A stretch of DNA of 64,000 nucleotides, from positions 1,149 through 65,148 of the IMG/VR virus record IMGVR_UViG_3300049592_000018; one strand, 5' to 3'. Positions 8,482-16,677 of the stretch are shown one piece after another (the first letter of the stretch is position 1; every line of letters starts with the position of its first letter). Source of the stretch: a virus. Made by a program: the position numbers and the translations under genes. The notes beneath the pieces are model-generated. The model was given only the letters and a program-made list of their open reading frames with translations. It was not told the DNA's origin and made no database searches.

Positions 8482-10259
8482 TCTTCCCACTCCCTCTTGT
8501 CGCCCCACGTCTTACCGGTCGCGATGCCGGCCGAGATCGGTACGGGGAACGAAACGTTGTCGTTCATTACTTCGCGTAGCGTCTGGATCACGTCACGCAC
8601 GTCCTCATCCGGTACCTCGAGAATGATCTCATCGTGCACCGGAAGAATCATATACGCGCCGAGTCCCGCGGCGTCCGCCTGCAGTAGTGTGCGCTTGAAC
8701 AACGCGGCGGCCCACCCCTGGATCTTATAGTTAACGAGCGTGTACTCCTTACCTGGGTCCGCGTAGTGACGACGACCGGTCAGCGGACACACGGTATACG
8801 CAAGTGTGTTATCCCGGGATCGGGCGATCATAGCCTCGTGAAAGGTTTCATCGAGAAATGTTCGAACCCGGGGATATGATTGGTCCCACGCCGAGTTCGC
8901 GTACGCCGCCTGATCCATCGGAATGCCCGCGGTAAGAGCCAACTTAGCGACGCCGGCGCCGTAGATCTTTGCGTAGCCGGTGTTCTTAATGGTCTGGCGC
9001 CGCTGGTCGCTCTTAGTGATTGTTGGGTCCTGGAAGACCGTACGCGCCAGATTGACGAAGAAGTCATCCGGTGAGTGGAACGCGCGAATCAGTCCGGGAT
9101 CAGCGGACATAATCGCCAGACCGCGCATCTCCACCTGGTCGAAGTCGGCGAACACGAGCGTATATCCGGGACGAGCACGAACGCACGTTCTTACGACCTT
9201 GACCGCGGGGTTGCTGCCGCGTACGGGAAGGTTCTGGAAGTTCGGGTCGTTCATCGACATACGACTGGTACGCGTACCGAGCGTGTTGATCGACGGGTGA
9301 ATCCGTCCGTTCGAGTCAACGTGATCGATGTAGAACCTAAGATACGTATTGGCGATCTTCTGAAGCTGGCGTCTCTGCAGTACCGACCGCGCCAAAGGAT
9401 GATCAATCGTAGATAGAACGTCCTTGTCGAGCGCGAGTGAACCACCACTCGTCCTCTTATCAAACTTAAAGCCGTCGTTCTGAAGCACCTTGATGATCGC
9501 CGCGTTGCTTCCCGGCTTAACCCTATACTCGGACCAACACCACTTCTCGACCTGATCGCAGTATGCAGTGAACTTATCATAGTGCTCCCGCGCGTAGTCG
9601 ACGTCGACCGGCGTACCGAGGGTCTCCATGCCGAGCGCCACCCACTGAAAGGCGTTCTCGAGCTCATAGGCCTCGCTACTTTCGTGCTCGTTGATGATCG
9701 GTAGATGATGATCGCAGACGTGTCGAGTGAGTACCGGGTCCAGCGCCGCATAGGTCCAGTACGGCGCGAAGTCGTGTGGTACGGTCGCCCAGGTCCAGCC
9801 ACCGAACGCGCCAATCGCCTCATCAAGTTGCCACTGGAGCGCGTTCGCGTTGGGATCGACGTGACGCTTCGCCTGGTTCTTCAGGGCACGCGACATGTGA
9901 GGTTCATTGACGTGAGCCATGACCCCGACGTCGCGAATTCGTGACCGGTCTAGTTGAATGCCCTCATTACGAAGAAACGGCACGTCGAACTTGGCGTTCA
10001 TCATATCGATCACGCCATCGTGGTGCTTCATGATCGTCTCGAACAGCCCCGACCAGCGGTCCCAGCGCAGGGCCCACCCGTCCACCCGGTCGCCGATCTG
10101 GACCATACGTACGTAGTCGGAACCGTGCCACTTAAACCCGGTCGTCTCCGTGTCGACGCCGAGAGGTTCGTGTTGGCGCCTACGGGCCCACTCGATCAAC
10201 CCAACCACGTCATCCATCGACTCGACGTAGTGCAGCTTAACATCATCTAGTGCGCCCAA
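8478..10259 (-). CDS. polA: Family A DNA polymerase (3'-5' exonuclease + polymerase)
   Basis: ExoI VDTETTG, ExoII NAKFD, ExoIII YAALD; motif A FADFDQVEMR, motif B RQTIKNTGYAKIYG, motif C VHDE. Confidence 0.95.
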   Translation of the reverse strand: MGALDDVKLHYVESMDDVVGLIEWARRRQHEPLGVDTETTGFKWHGSDYVRMVQIGDRVDGWALRWDRWSGLFETIMKHHDGVIDMMNAKFDVPFLRNEGIQLDRSRIRDVGVMAHVNEPHMSRALKNQAKRHVDPNANALQWQLDEAIGAFGGWTWATVPHDFAPYWTYAALDPVLTRHVCDHHLPIINEHESSEAYELENAFQWVALGMETLGTPVDVDYAREHYDKFTAYCDQVEKWCWSEYRVKPGSNAAIIKVLQNDGFKFDKRTSGGSLALDKDVLSTIDHPLARSVLQRRQLQKIANTYLRFYIDHVDSNGRIHPSINTLGTRTSRMSMNDPNFQNLPVRGSNPAVKVVRTCVRARPGYTLVFADFDQVEMRGLAIMSADPGLIRAFHSPDDFFVNLARTVFQDPTITKSDQRRQTIKNTGYAKIYGAGVAKLALTAGIPMDQAAYANSAWDQSYPRVRTFLDETFHEAMIARSRDNTLAYTVCPLTGRRHYADPGKEYTLVNYKIQGWAAALFKRTLLQADAAGLGAYMILPVHDEIILEVPDEDVRDVIQTLREVMNDNVSFPVPISAGIATGKTWGDKREWEE

Positions 10260-10804
10260 GTGGCACCTACCCTCCGGCCGTTGACACTGACGTGAATACT
10301 ACAGCGTGCGATGAAGGCATAGGCGTCATCACTTCGCCGGTGCGCGTGTTCCTCCGTGGTCTCGACGATGACGTACTTAAGACCCGAGTTCGCGATCAAC
10401 TTAGCACAGTTCATGCACACGTGACTGGTAATGTAGATCGTACCCCCGATACGCAGAGTTCGATCCGACATCATAAGAGCGTTGGCCTCGGCGTGAAGAG
10501 ACGGGCAGTCCGAGTAATCACGTGAGATCGTCTCTGGAAACACCGCATCATCTACACCTACCTGGGATCGTTGACACCAGGCGGTGCAGACCTGGTTGGC
10601 GTGCCAGTAATTACGAGGAGGACCGTTATAGCCCTCACCAATGACCTTACCGTCCGAGTCGATGATCAGTGCGCCGACCTGGTCGCGGGTGCAGAGGCTG
10701 CGCTTAGCTAGCTCCCGCGCCATCGCGACCCGTGTGTCGCTCCAGCTGGGTCGGTCGGCGTTTTGCTCACCTAGGTTAGTTCTTAGTGTCACCACTCGTC
10801 TCAC
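10247..10804 (-). CDS. dCMP deaminase
   Basis: RSLCTRDQVGA, GYNGPP, HAEANA, CMNC zinc ligands; exact start uncertain. Confidence 0.9.
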   Translation of the reverse strand: MRRVVTLRTNLGEQNADRPSWSDTRVAMARELAKRSLCTRDQVGALIIDSDGKVIGEGYNGPPRNYWHANQVCTAWCQRSQVGVDDAVFPETISRDYSDCPSLHAEANALMMSDRTLRIGGTIYITSHVCMNCAKLIANSGLKYVIVETTEEHAHRRSDDAYAFIARCSIHVSVNGRRVGATWAH

Positions 10805-11669
10805 TCTCTACCTCACCGATCAACATTCGCCGATACCAAAACTCGGTGGCCGTCGGCGTATCGTCACCGGGACCTCCTAGGTTACCTAGAAGGTTGCCGT
10901 TCCAGATTCGACGGGCGCGACGACCGATCTCCAGCATGCTCATGTTAGGTAGACCGATACCCGTTACCGGGACGGCCTCAACACCGGCGGACTTCGGTGC
11001 CGCGCCCCGATTCATCGCGTACGCGGCGTCCCGGTTGTGGTGGTAAAGGTGAAGTGACCACGCGTGGTGATTGTACCTACCGGGTCCGATGTCCAGGGCG
11101 TTGCACATGGTTAACTGCAGTTGCGTGAACTGGAACATGTCATAGGGTAGACCGAGCCACACGTCGTTCGAGCGCATCAACACGTTCATGTTGAGTTCGT
11201 CGCCGATGATCCGAAACCCGAGCGCGATCGTGCACGGATAGTCGTGCTTGCCGTCGACGTTGTCAAATGTGGGGCTCCACAACGTTACAACGGCCTGACG
11301 GGTGTCCGGGGAGGTCTTCAGCTTACGTACGGCGTGTTGCAACTGGATGCCGACACGTGTGCCGTACGCACCCCAGAACCGGCCGTCATCCATGAACCGG
11401 CGAAAGCTCGGAAACAACTCACACATACGCGCCGGATCGGAGAACCCACCGATCAGCTGCAGCGCCTCGGCGACGGCGATGCCGGAATTTAGGTTACGTC
11501 CGCAGCCGAGCGGTAGCGCGTCCAGCGGGGAGTTTAGCTCAATCATCACGTTAGACAGGTCGATCGCCACGCCGGCACGGGACGTTCTCGGTACACCGTG
11601 TCGTACTACGTAGTCGATGATGTCGGGATAGAGTTCTCGTCCGGTCGAACCTCGAATGATGTGGGCCAC
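10776..11669 (-). CDS. Thymidylate synthase homologue, probably dCMP hydroxymethylase/methylase type
   Basis: GAYG-x-R, DTRQAV, catalytic DYPCT, MRSNDVWLGLPYD (Asp where dUMP-specific ThyA has Asn), SLHLY. Confidence 0.8.
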   Translation of the reverse strand: MAHIIRGSTGRELYPDIIDYVVRHGVPRTSRAGVAIDLSNVMIELNSPLDALPLGCGRNLNSGIAVAEALQLIGGFSDPARMCELFPSFRRFMDDGRFWGAYGTRVGIQLQHAVRKLKTSPDTRQAVVTLWSPTFDNVDGKHDYPCTIALGFRIIGDELNMNVLMRSNDVWLGLPYDMFQFTQLQLTMCNALDIGPGRYNHHAWSLHLYHHNRDAAYAMNRGAAPKSAGVEAVPVTGIGLPNMSMLEIGRRARRIWNGNLLGNLGGPGDDTPTATEFWYRRMLIGEVESETSGDTKN

Positions 11670-12640
11670 GTGATCCTTTCCTGATCTACCAGCGCTCGCA
11701 CCAACGCCCGCGCGTAGGCCTCAATATCACGGTGATGAAATCGACGAATGAACTGTGGATGCGGCACCGCCCCGTGAGGTAGACCAAGCTGACCCAACCT
11801 AGCCTCGGCGTTGCGTCCCAGCGCCACCAGACGCGGCTTATCGAGCTCGGCCCAGGCGTCCTCAACATGGTCAACGTCGCAGCCGTTGATCACACCAAAC
11901 GTATGCGGATCGAATGGGGTACGTAGAAGCGCGTCGAGTAGGTACGCACCGGAGGTCGCGCGAAACGGAAGAAACGCCGGGTCACGGGGGTTGGGATACG
12001 GCGTGTTCGGCTTGAAGTTGTGGCGCACGTCACCGACCAGGAGAAACGTGGGTGTAGGAGGTCCCAGGTATGTCACAAACTGGTTGAGATGAGTTACCTT
12101 CGACTGCTCGAGTGCGGCGGTGTATAGGATGTTACGTATCACGGCATCGGACGCCGTGGCGTTCGGGTCGTTCCAATTTGTCACGCACTTAAGTGGCGTG
12201 GTGGAGTACGCGTCATCGAACAGCTTCTCGACGACGTCCAGTTCATCGAGCTGCCACCGATCACCGATGCGGTCGGGCTGCTCGAACACACGTGCGTAGT
12301 CGACACGGCCCTGACACTGCAACACCACGACGGCGCCGAGTCGCTGAAGATACGCCTCGATCGACCAGCGAACCTCGGGTGTTAGGTCCGTCTGCCGACC
12401 ACGTACCGTTGGATAAACGAGTTCACCCCAGTACCATCGATCAATGATGATGTGTCTGTCGGCGTCCGCGGGTCGGTAGTTGCTTAGGGGCCGTAGATAC
12501 TCGTCCAGTGGATGAGCCTTCGGTGGTCCGGCGTGAAGTACATCCACCTGGTTACTGCCTGACCTGAGCAACCGTTCACGTAGTGCGTCGACCAGTGTCG
12601 ACTTACCGGCGCCGTCCGGTCCCTCCACAATGATCAGCAT
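11606..12640 (-). CDS. dNMP (thymidylate-like) kinase fused to a C-terminal uracil-DNA-glycosylase-superfamily domain
   Basis: N-terminal IIVEGPDGAGKST and IIDRW; C-terminal FLLVGD, SGAYLLDAL, LVALGRNA, VPHPQF. Start reassigned to ATG 12640. Confidence 0.7.
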   Translation of the reverse strand: MLIIVEGPDGAGKSTLVDALRERLLRSGSNQVDVLHAGPPKAHPLDEYLRPLSNYRPADADRHIIIDRWYWGELVYPTVRGRQTDLTPEVRWSIEAYLQRLGAVVVLQCQGRVDYARVFEQPDRIGDRWQLDELDVVEKLFDDAYSTTPLKCVTNWNDPNATASDAVIRNILYTAALEQSKVTHLNQFVTYLGPPTPTFLLVGDVRHNFKPNTPYPNPRDPAFLPFRATSGAYLLDALLRTPFDPHTFGVINGCDVDHVEDAWAELDKPRLVALGRNAEARLGQLGLPHGAVPHPQFIRRFHHRDIEAYARALVRALVDQERITWPTSFEVRPDENSIPTSSTT

Positions 12641-13143
12641 TACTTCCCCCAGGTTACCTGCTCGTTGGGATGTAGCGTGTTGTGGTACGCGCGAATCGCC
12701 TGGACGCATAGCTGCACCTGGTCTACAAACGTGTCACTAAGTCGAAGGGCTAACTCACCCTCCGATGTTCGCGGTTCCCGGGAACACCGCCGGTAATGCG
12801 ACACGTACTCGGAGGTCGATCGATCACGACCAAGCGCGGTCTGGATCGGGCGGTGACGCGCGCGGTAGCGGTAGGCGCGTGGGATTACGGTCGTTATCAC
12901 GCGGTTGGTTACGTTGACCGCGATCCGCGTAATCACGGTCGTCGCGGTTCGAACCCACGCCGTGATCCGACTACGCAGGGAGCGCCGAGGCTGTGAGACC
13001 TCGACATCGGATTCGTCGGCCGAAACGGCGACGTCGATGACATCCGAGTACTCGGCGAGACTTAGCGTACGCGGATCGAGGATGTCAAGTCCGATGCTTG
13101 ATGTATCGACACGATCCAATGTACTCGTCATTGGTGGTGGCAT
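12640..13143 (-). CDS. Hypothetical protein
   Basis: 167-aa ORF with an AAGGG RBS-like sequence; its stop overlaps the kinase start. Confidence 0.55.
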   Translation of the reverse strand: MPPPMTSTLDRVDTSSIGLDILDPRTLSLAEYSDVIDVAVSADESDVEVSQPRRSLRSRITAWVRTATTVITRIAVNVTNRVITTVIPRAYRYRARHRPIQTALGRDRSTSEYVSHYRRCSREPRTSEGELALRLSDTFVDQVQLCVQAIRAYHNTLHPNEQVTWGK

Positions 13144-13247
13144 TTTTCGTCCCTTTTATTGACTCGATAACTTCACTTAACATTTAGAATATAGATGAGG
13201 CCGCCGACGGATTGACCGTCAGCGGCCACGTGTCTATCCTACAACGG

Positions 13248-13877
13248 TTACCTATCGTTCCGCGACATCAGGCCCCGCAACTGGTCCCAGGCGGCGGCCT
13301 TGTCGCGTAGGTCGTTATCGGCGATCGAGACACCGTCGAGCTGCGCGTGTACCGCACGAAGTTGCTCAATGATGCGCTCAAGAACCGTGGAGGTGTGGGC
13401 CACGTCCACCGTGAGCGCGGACAGAGTCAGTTGGATCTGCCGCACAACTCCGTTGTCACCACCGGTACCATTGATCTTACCTTCATCGTTGTTCTGATCA
13501 ACGTCACCACGCTTACGACGACGCGTTTCGGCACCCTTACGACTTCCGTTACTGCGACGCTTAATGCGCTCCTCCAACTCCGCGGTCGCCTGGGCGCGCT
13601 CGGCCTCGGCAGCGGCCAACTCGCGCTGCAGGCGCCTAGCCTCCGCCATAGGCCCGTGAGCCTTCTGGTGAGCGCGCACCGACACGGCGCTGGTCGCCGT
13701 AAACGTGCAGTCGCCACGGTTCGGGTGAACACACTCAAAGAGTACCTCACCGTTGACCAGGAGGACCTCATCAATGGTGGTATGTGGATGAGGTTCGGAT
13801 CGTGACGGTACGAGCAACTTCGCCGGAATCCGCGTCTCCACCATGACGCCGTCGATCTCACTTCTCTTCTCGTTCAC
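13248..13877 (-). CDS. Hypothetical protein with C2H2-like zinc finger and coiled coil
   Basis: C-x7-C...H-x3-H (CVHPNRGDC...AHQKAH) followed by heptad-rich helices. Confidence 0.65.
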   Translation of the reverse strand: MNEKRSEIDGVMVETRIPAKLLVPSRSEPHPHTTIDEVLLVNGEVLFECVHPNRGDCTFTATSAVSVRAHQKAHGPMAEARRLQRELAAAEAERAQATAELEERIKRRSNGSRKGAETRRRKRGDVDQNNDEGKINGTGGDNGVVRQIQLTLSALTVDVAHTSTVLERIIEQLRAVHAQLDGVSIADNDLRDKAAAWDQLRGLMSRNDR

Positions 13878-13933
13878 TTAGCTTCCCTTCGGGTCGACCG
13901 ACTGTCCTAGTTTACTTAATCATGTCTCTGCGT

Positions 13934-13964
13934 GAATCATATCCTAGGTCTATGTAGGATGCAA
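13934..13964 (-). promoter_or_regulatory. Sigma70-type promoter
   Basis: Minus strand TTGCAT-17 nt-TATGAT upstream of 13877. Confidence 0.55.
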
Positions 13965-13974
13965 ATATTAGATC

Positions 13975-14337
13975 TTAGCTGAACTTAACCTTGAGTGAAC
14001 GAGCTGCGGCGGTCGCCTGGATCGCCGCGGCGTACCTCATAGCCTCACTGGTCCAGTAGCGCCAGTCGTCCATCGCGTCTCGAAACGCCTGGTCACCGGC
14101 GCGCACGCCGTTGGCGACCGTCCACCGTTGGTACGCCTCATCCTGGGTGGCTCGGTCCACGGCGCGGGACTGCCGAACACGCGCGTCTACGTTACGCGCG
14201 GCGAAGCGCTTGATCCGCTCGTTGGCGACCTTGACTCGCTGGTCGGCCGCATCGGCTTGACGCATCGCGTGCTCGAGGCCGATCAGCCACATGTCCAGAT
14301 CCGCAGGTCTGAAGTCCACGATCTCACTTCCTCTCAC
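13975..14337 (-). CDS. Hypothetical helical protein
   Basis: 120-aa ORF in operon orientation with a purine-rich leader. Confidence 0.6.
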   Translation of the reverse strand: MRGSEIVDFRPADLDMWLIGLEHAMRQADAADQRVKVANERIKRFAARNVDARVRQSRAVDRATQDEAYQRWTVANGVRAGDQAFRDAMDDWRYWTSEAMRYAAAIQATAAARSLKVKFS

Positions 14338-14538
14338 TTCACTTCATCTCATTGATGTATTATTGGGCGGCCGACGTGGTCGACGTTGTCGACCGCCCTC
14401 ACCGAGTTTACGACAACCCGGAAACGTCCCGTCTTCATGCCCTCGAGAAGCGCTCCACGGAAGTGAGCATCCCGTCTACGTAGCGGGATCGACGTGTGCC
14501 TTCGTTTTTTGAGGTCGCAAGGCACCAAAGTAGACCCG

Positions 14539-14680
14539 TCGCCAGCCCAGGACTCGAACCTGGCGTCCTCCGGCTTAGCCGCCGGTGTGCCGCCGCGCGC
14601 TTCCGCTTACGTTATCTTGGCCTAGGACCCGAACGTAAGTGCTGACCGCAGCTTGTGTTCCACACTACACCACGCTGACG
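14539..14680 (-). ncRNA. tRNA-like RNA with a 68-nt insertion between the D arm and the anticodon-like arm
   Basis: Acceptor CGTCAGC/GCTGGCG, D arm GTGT/ACAC, T arm CCAGG-TTCGAGT-CCTGG, CCGGC/GCCGG stem with a 6-nt loop. Confidence 0.6.
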
Positions 14681-15086
14681 TTGGCCGCGACGACGCAGGT
14701 ACGGCTACCGGAGATAGGCGCACCGGTCGTGGCCGTCCTTCCTCCGGACAGTACCATGAGACGTAATTAGAGGTTAACGTCGCCGCGACTCGGATTAAGT
14801 TGTAGGAGCGCCGATGGAGTTCTTACCCGCGGATCGCCATATCCTTGCGTCGGCGCACGCCGATCCACTTCGCACCCATATTGCCGTAGCTACGTCAGGG
14901 CTGTGGCCACCATGAAGTTCAAGACCCACGGGGGTAGGTCGTCGAACTTGGCTACGTAGGCCTAAGTCTTTAGTTGTGAGGTTGTGTCCGGCCTAGGCCC
15001 CCGACCCGTCCCGCTCCTAGGGGGCGTTGAGCAGTGGAGCGGTATTGCGACCTCATCACTCTCACCGGACTGGAGGTCCCTGTGCG

Positions 15087-15162
15087 AAGCGGAGGCGGGA
15101 TTCGAACCCGCGATCTCAGGCTTATGAGGCCTACGAGGACGACCGAGCTCCCCTACTCCGCT
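15087..15162 (-). tRNA. tRNA-Met/Ile2 (CAT anticodon), CCA not encoded
   Basis: Acceptor AGCGGAG/CTCCGCT, anticodon arm TAGGC-CTCATAA-GCCTG, T arm GCGGG-TTCGAAT-CCCGC. It lacks the initiator triple G-C anticodon-stem pairs and has a paired 1:72. Confidence 0.88.
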
Positions 15163-15540
15163 CTGTGAGGTACCGAGCCGTGAGGAATCCGTACACGGCT
15201 CGGGACCACTACCTATGTGATCGAGCCGGTTGGAACACAACTCGAGTACCTAGGTTTAGTGTTCGCCGACCCTGGCGCCCCGTTGACGGCAGCTTCCGAC
15301 CGGCGACTCATTCATTAATTTAGACCCTACCACACGGACTAGGTGCGTGCCAACCGTCGACGCCAGATAATTCGGCGAAGTTCCCGATCAAGTACCCGGA
15401 GCTCCGCCCAGAGGTTGGCCTCATCGATTCGGTTGAAGCACCACGGAGGTAGGTCGCAGATCCGGCCGCCGAGCCACCGGGAGTAGGCCGCGACGCCGGT
15501 GTGCGTCGCGGCGTGCCCGGTCGCCCGGCGGGCCGGTGGT

Positions 15541-15747
15541 TCACTTCTCACGCTTTACCGCGAACGGTGACACGCGGGGCGCCGGCGGCTCGGCCTCCCC
15601 GATCACCCGGTAGCCGTCATCACGACGACCCATAAGCAACCAGAGGGGTAGCAGCGCGATCACGATCGCGATCAGCGTGCCGACCCCGACGCCGATCCAC
15701 AGTCCAGCGGTAAGAATCGCGTCCACGACGTCGGTTACGTCCATCAT
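15541..15747 (-). CDS. Small membrane protein
   Basis: Hydrophobic AILTAGLWIGVGVGTLIAIVIALLPLWLLM. Confidence 0.6.
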   Translation of the reverse strand: MMDVTDVVDAILTAGLWIGVGVGTLIAIVIALLPLWLLMGRRDDGYRVIGEAEPPAPRVSPFAVKREK

Positions 15748-15907
15748 TGACCCCGCTTTCTCGTTAGGTCGAAGTAGACGACGCCGCAGAGAAACATACC
15801 TACGACGACAATCGCCACGTCGCCGGTCGAGATCCCGTTCCTATTGAGAACCGGAACGGCGACGCACGGAGCGGCGACGATCAAGAGAAAGATGATGCGC
15901 CTCACGG

Positions 15908-16459
15908 CTAAACCACCGCCCGGTTGATGTACGCGTCGCGTACCGCCTGGTCGACTCCCGCGGCCTGGGCGAGCGCGCGGGCCGACTGGACCGCGATGAA
16001 CGGTTCCTTGTCCTGATGCCGCACCGTCAGCATCTCGATGATCTCGAACGCGCTGCTTGTGAACTGTACGCGGGACAACCGCTGCTCACCTGGTATCACG
16101 GACCAACCAACGGTGTGAATAACGTAGTCGTGGCCGAGGGTGACCCCGGTGGGATCATCATGCGCGGTGGTTCGGCGGTAGATCGCGACCTCGAACCAGC
16201 GACAAGCGGAGCACTTCTCGCCCCGCTGGGCGAACCTTCGTGGGTAGTGATTGTGATGATCGCGGTGACTTGTGCCGTGACCGAGCAGCGCTCCGGTGAA
16301 CTGGTGCACCTCACCGTCGCGCCCGATGATCTCACGCCGCGCGTACACCGGCGCGGGTCGAGCGGAGCGGATCCCGCCGCGTTCCGCGCGGCCCGCCTCG
16401 TACGCCCCGATGTCGACGACCCCGGATTGAATGGTCATGTTCGCTTCCTCACTCGTCAT
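15908..16459 (-). CDS. Hypothetical protein with His/Cys cluster
   Basis: HRDHHNH...CSACRWFEV; first gene of the leftward transcript, divergent from the primase. Confidence 0.7.
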   Translation of the reverse strand: MTSEEANMTIQSGVVDIGAYEAGRAERGGIRSARPAPVYARREIIGRDGEVHQFTGALLGHGTSHRDHHNHYPRRFAQRGEKCSACRWFEVAIYRRTTAHDDPTGVTLGHDYVIHTVGWSVIPGEQRLSRVQFTSSAFEIIEMLTVRHQDKEPFIAVQSARALAQAAGVDQAVRDAYINRAVV

Positions 16460-16677
16460 TTAAACCGGCTCCTCTGTGTTGGGATCACCTCGGTAGAGTT
16501 GATTAAAATCAACTGGCTGGGAGCTTCGTCTTCCCGAGCGCCCCCGGACATCGCGTGGACGCCGCCACGGCGCGAGACCGTGACGGTGAAGGATCTTGCC
16601 GAGATCCCTCACGCGGGTCCGGGGACGCGGACGCCGTCCCGGTAGAACGACCAGGTCACCCCCGAGGAGGTTTACCC

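Larger units (their letters stand above)
14360..15310 (-). ncRNA. Candidate large structured RNA or ncRNA array
   Basis: About 950 nt with no credible ORF, more than 10 stems, and long-range complementarities 14510-14520/15045-15055 (11 bp) and 14868-14875/15082-15089 (8 bp); contains tRNA-Met and a tRNA-like element. Confidence 0.6.

Noticed and set aside
14570-14586. CTA in the loop of the interrupted tRNA-like RNA as an amber suppressor anticodon
   Set aside because: The loop is 6 nt and lacks U33, so it is not a canonical anticodon loop; genes ending in TAG show no sign of recoding.
14360-15086. tmRNA or group I intron interpretation of the structured region
   Set aside because: No Ala-type acceptor enclosing a tag ORF and no recognisable P7 core by eye; an Infernal search is still needed to exclude divergent forms.
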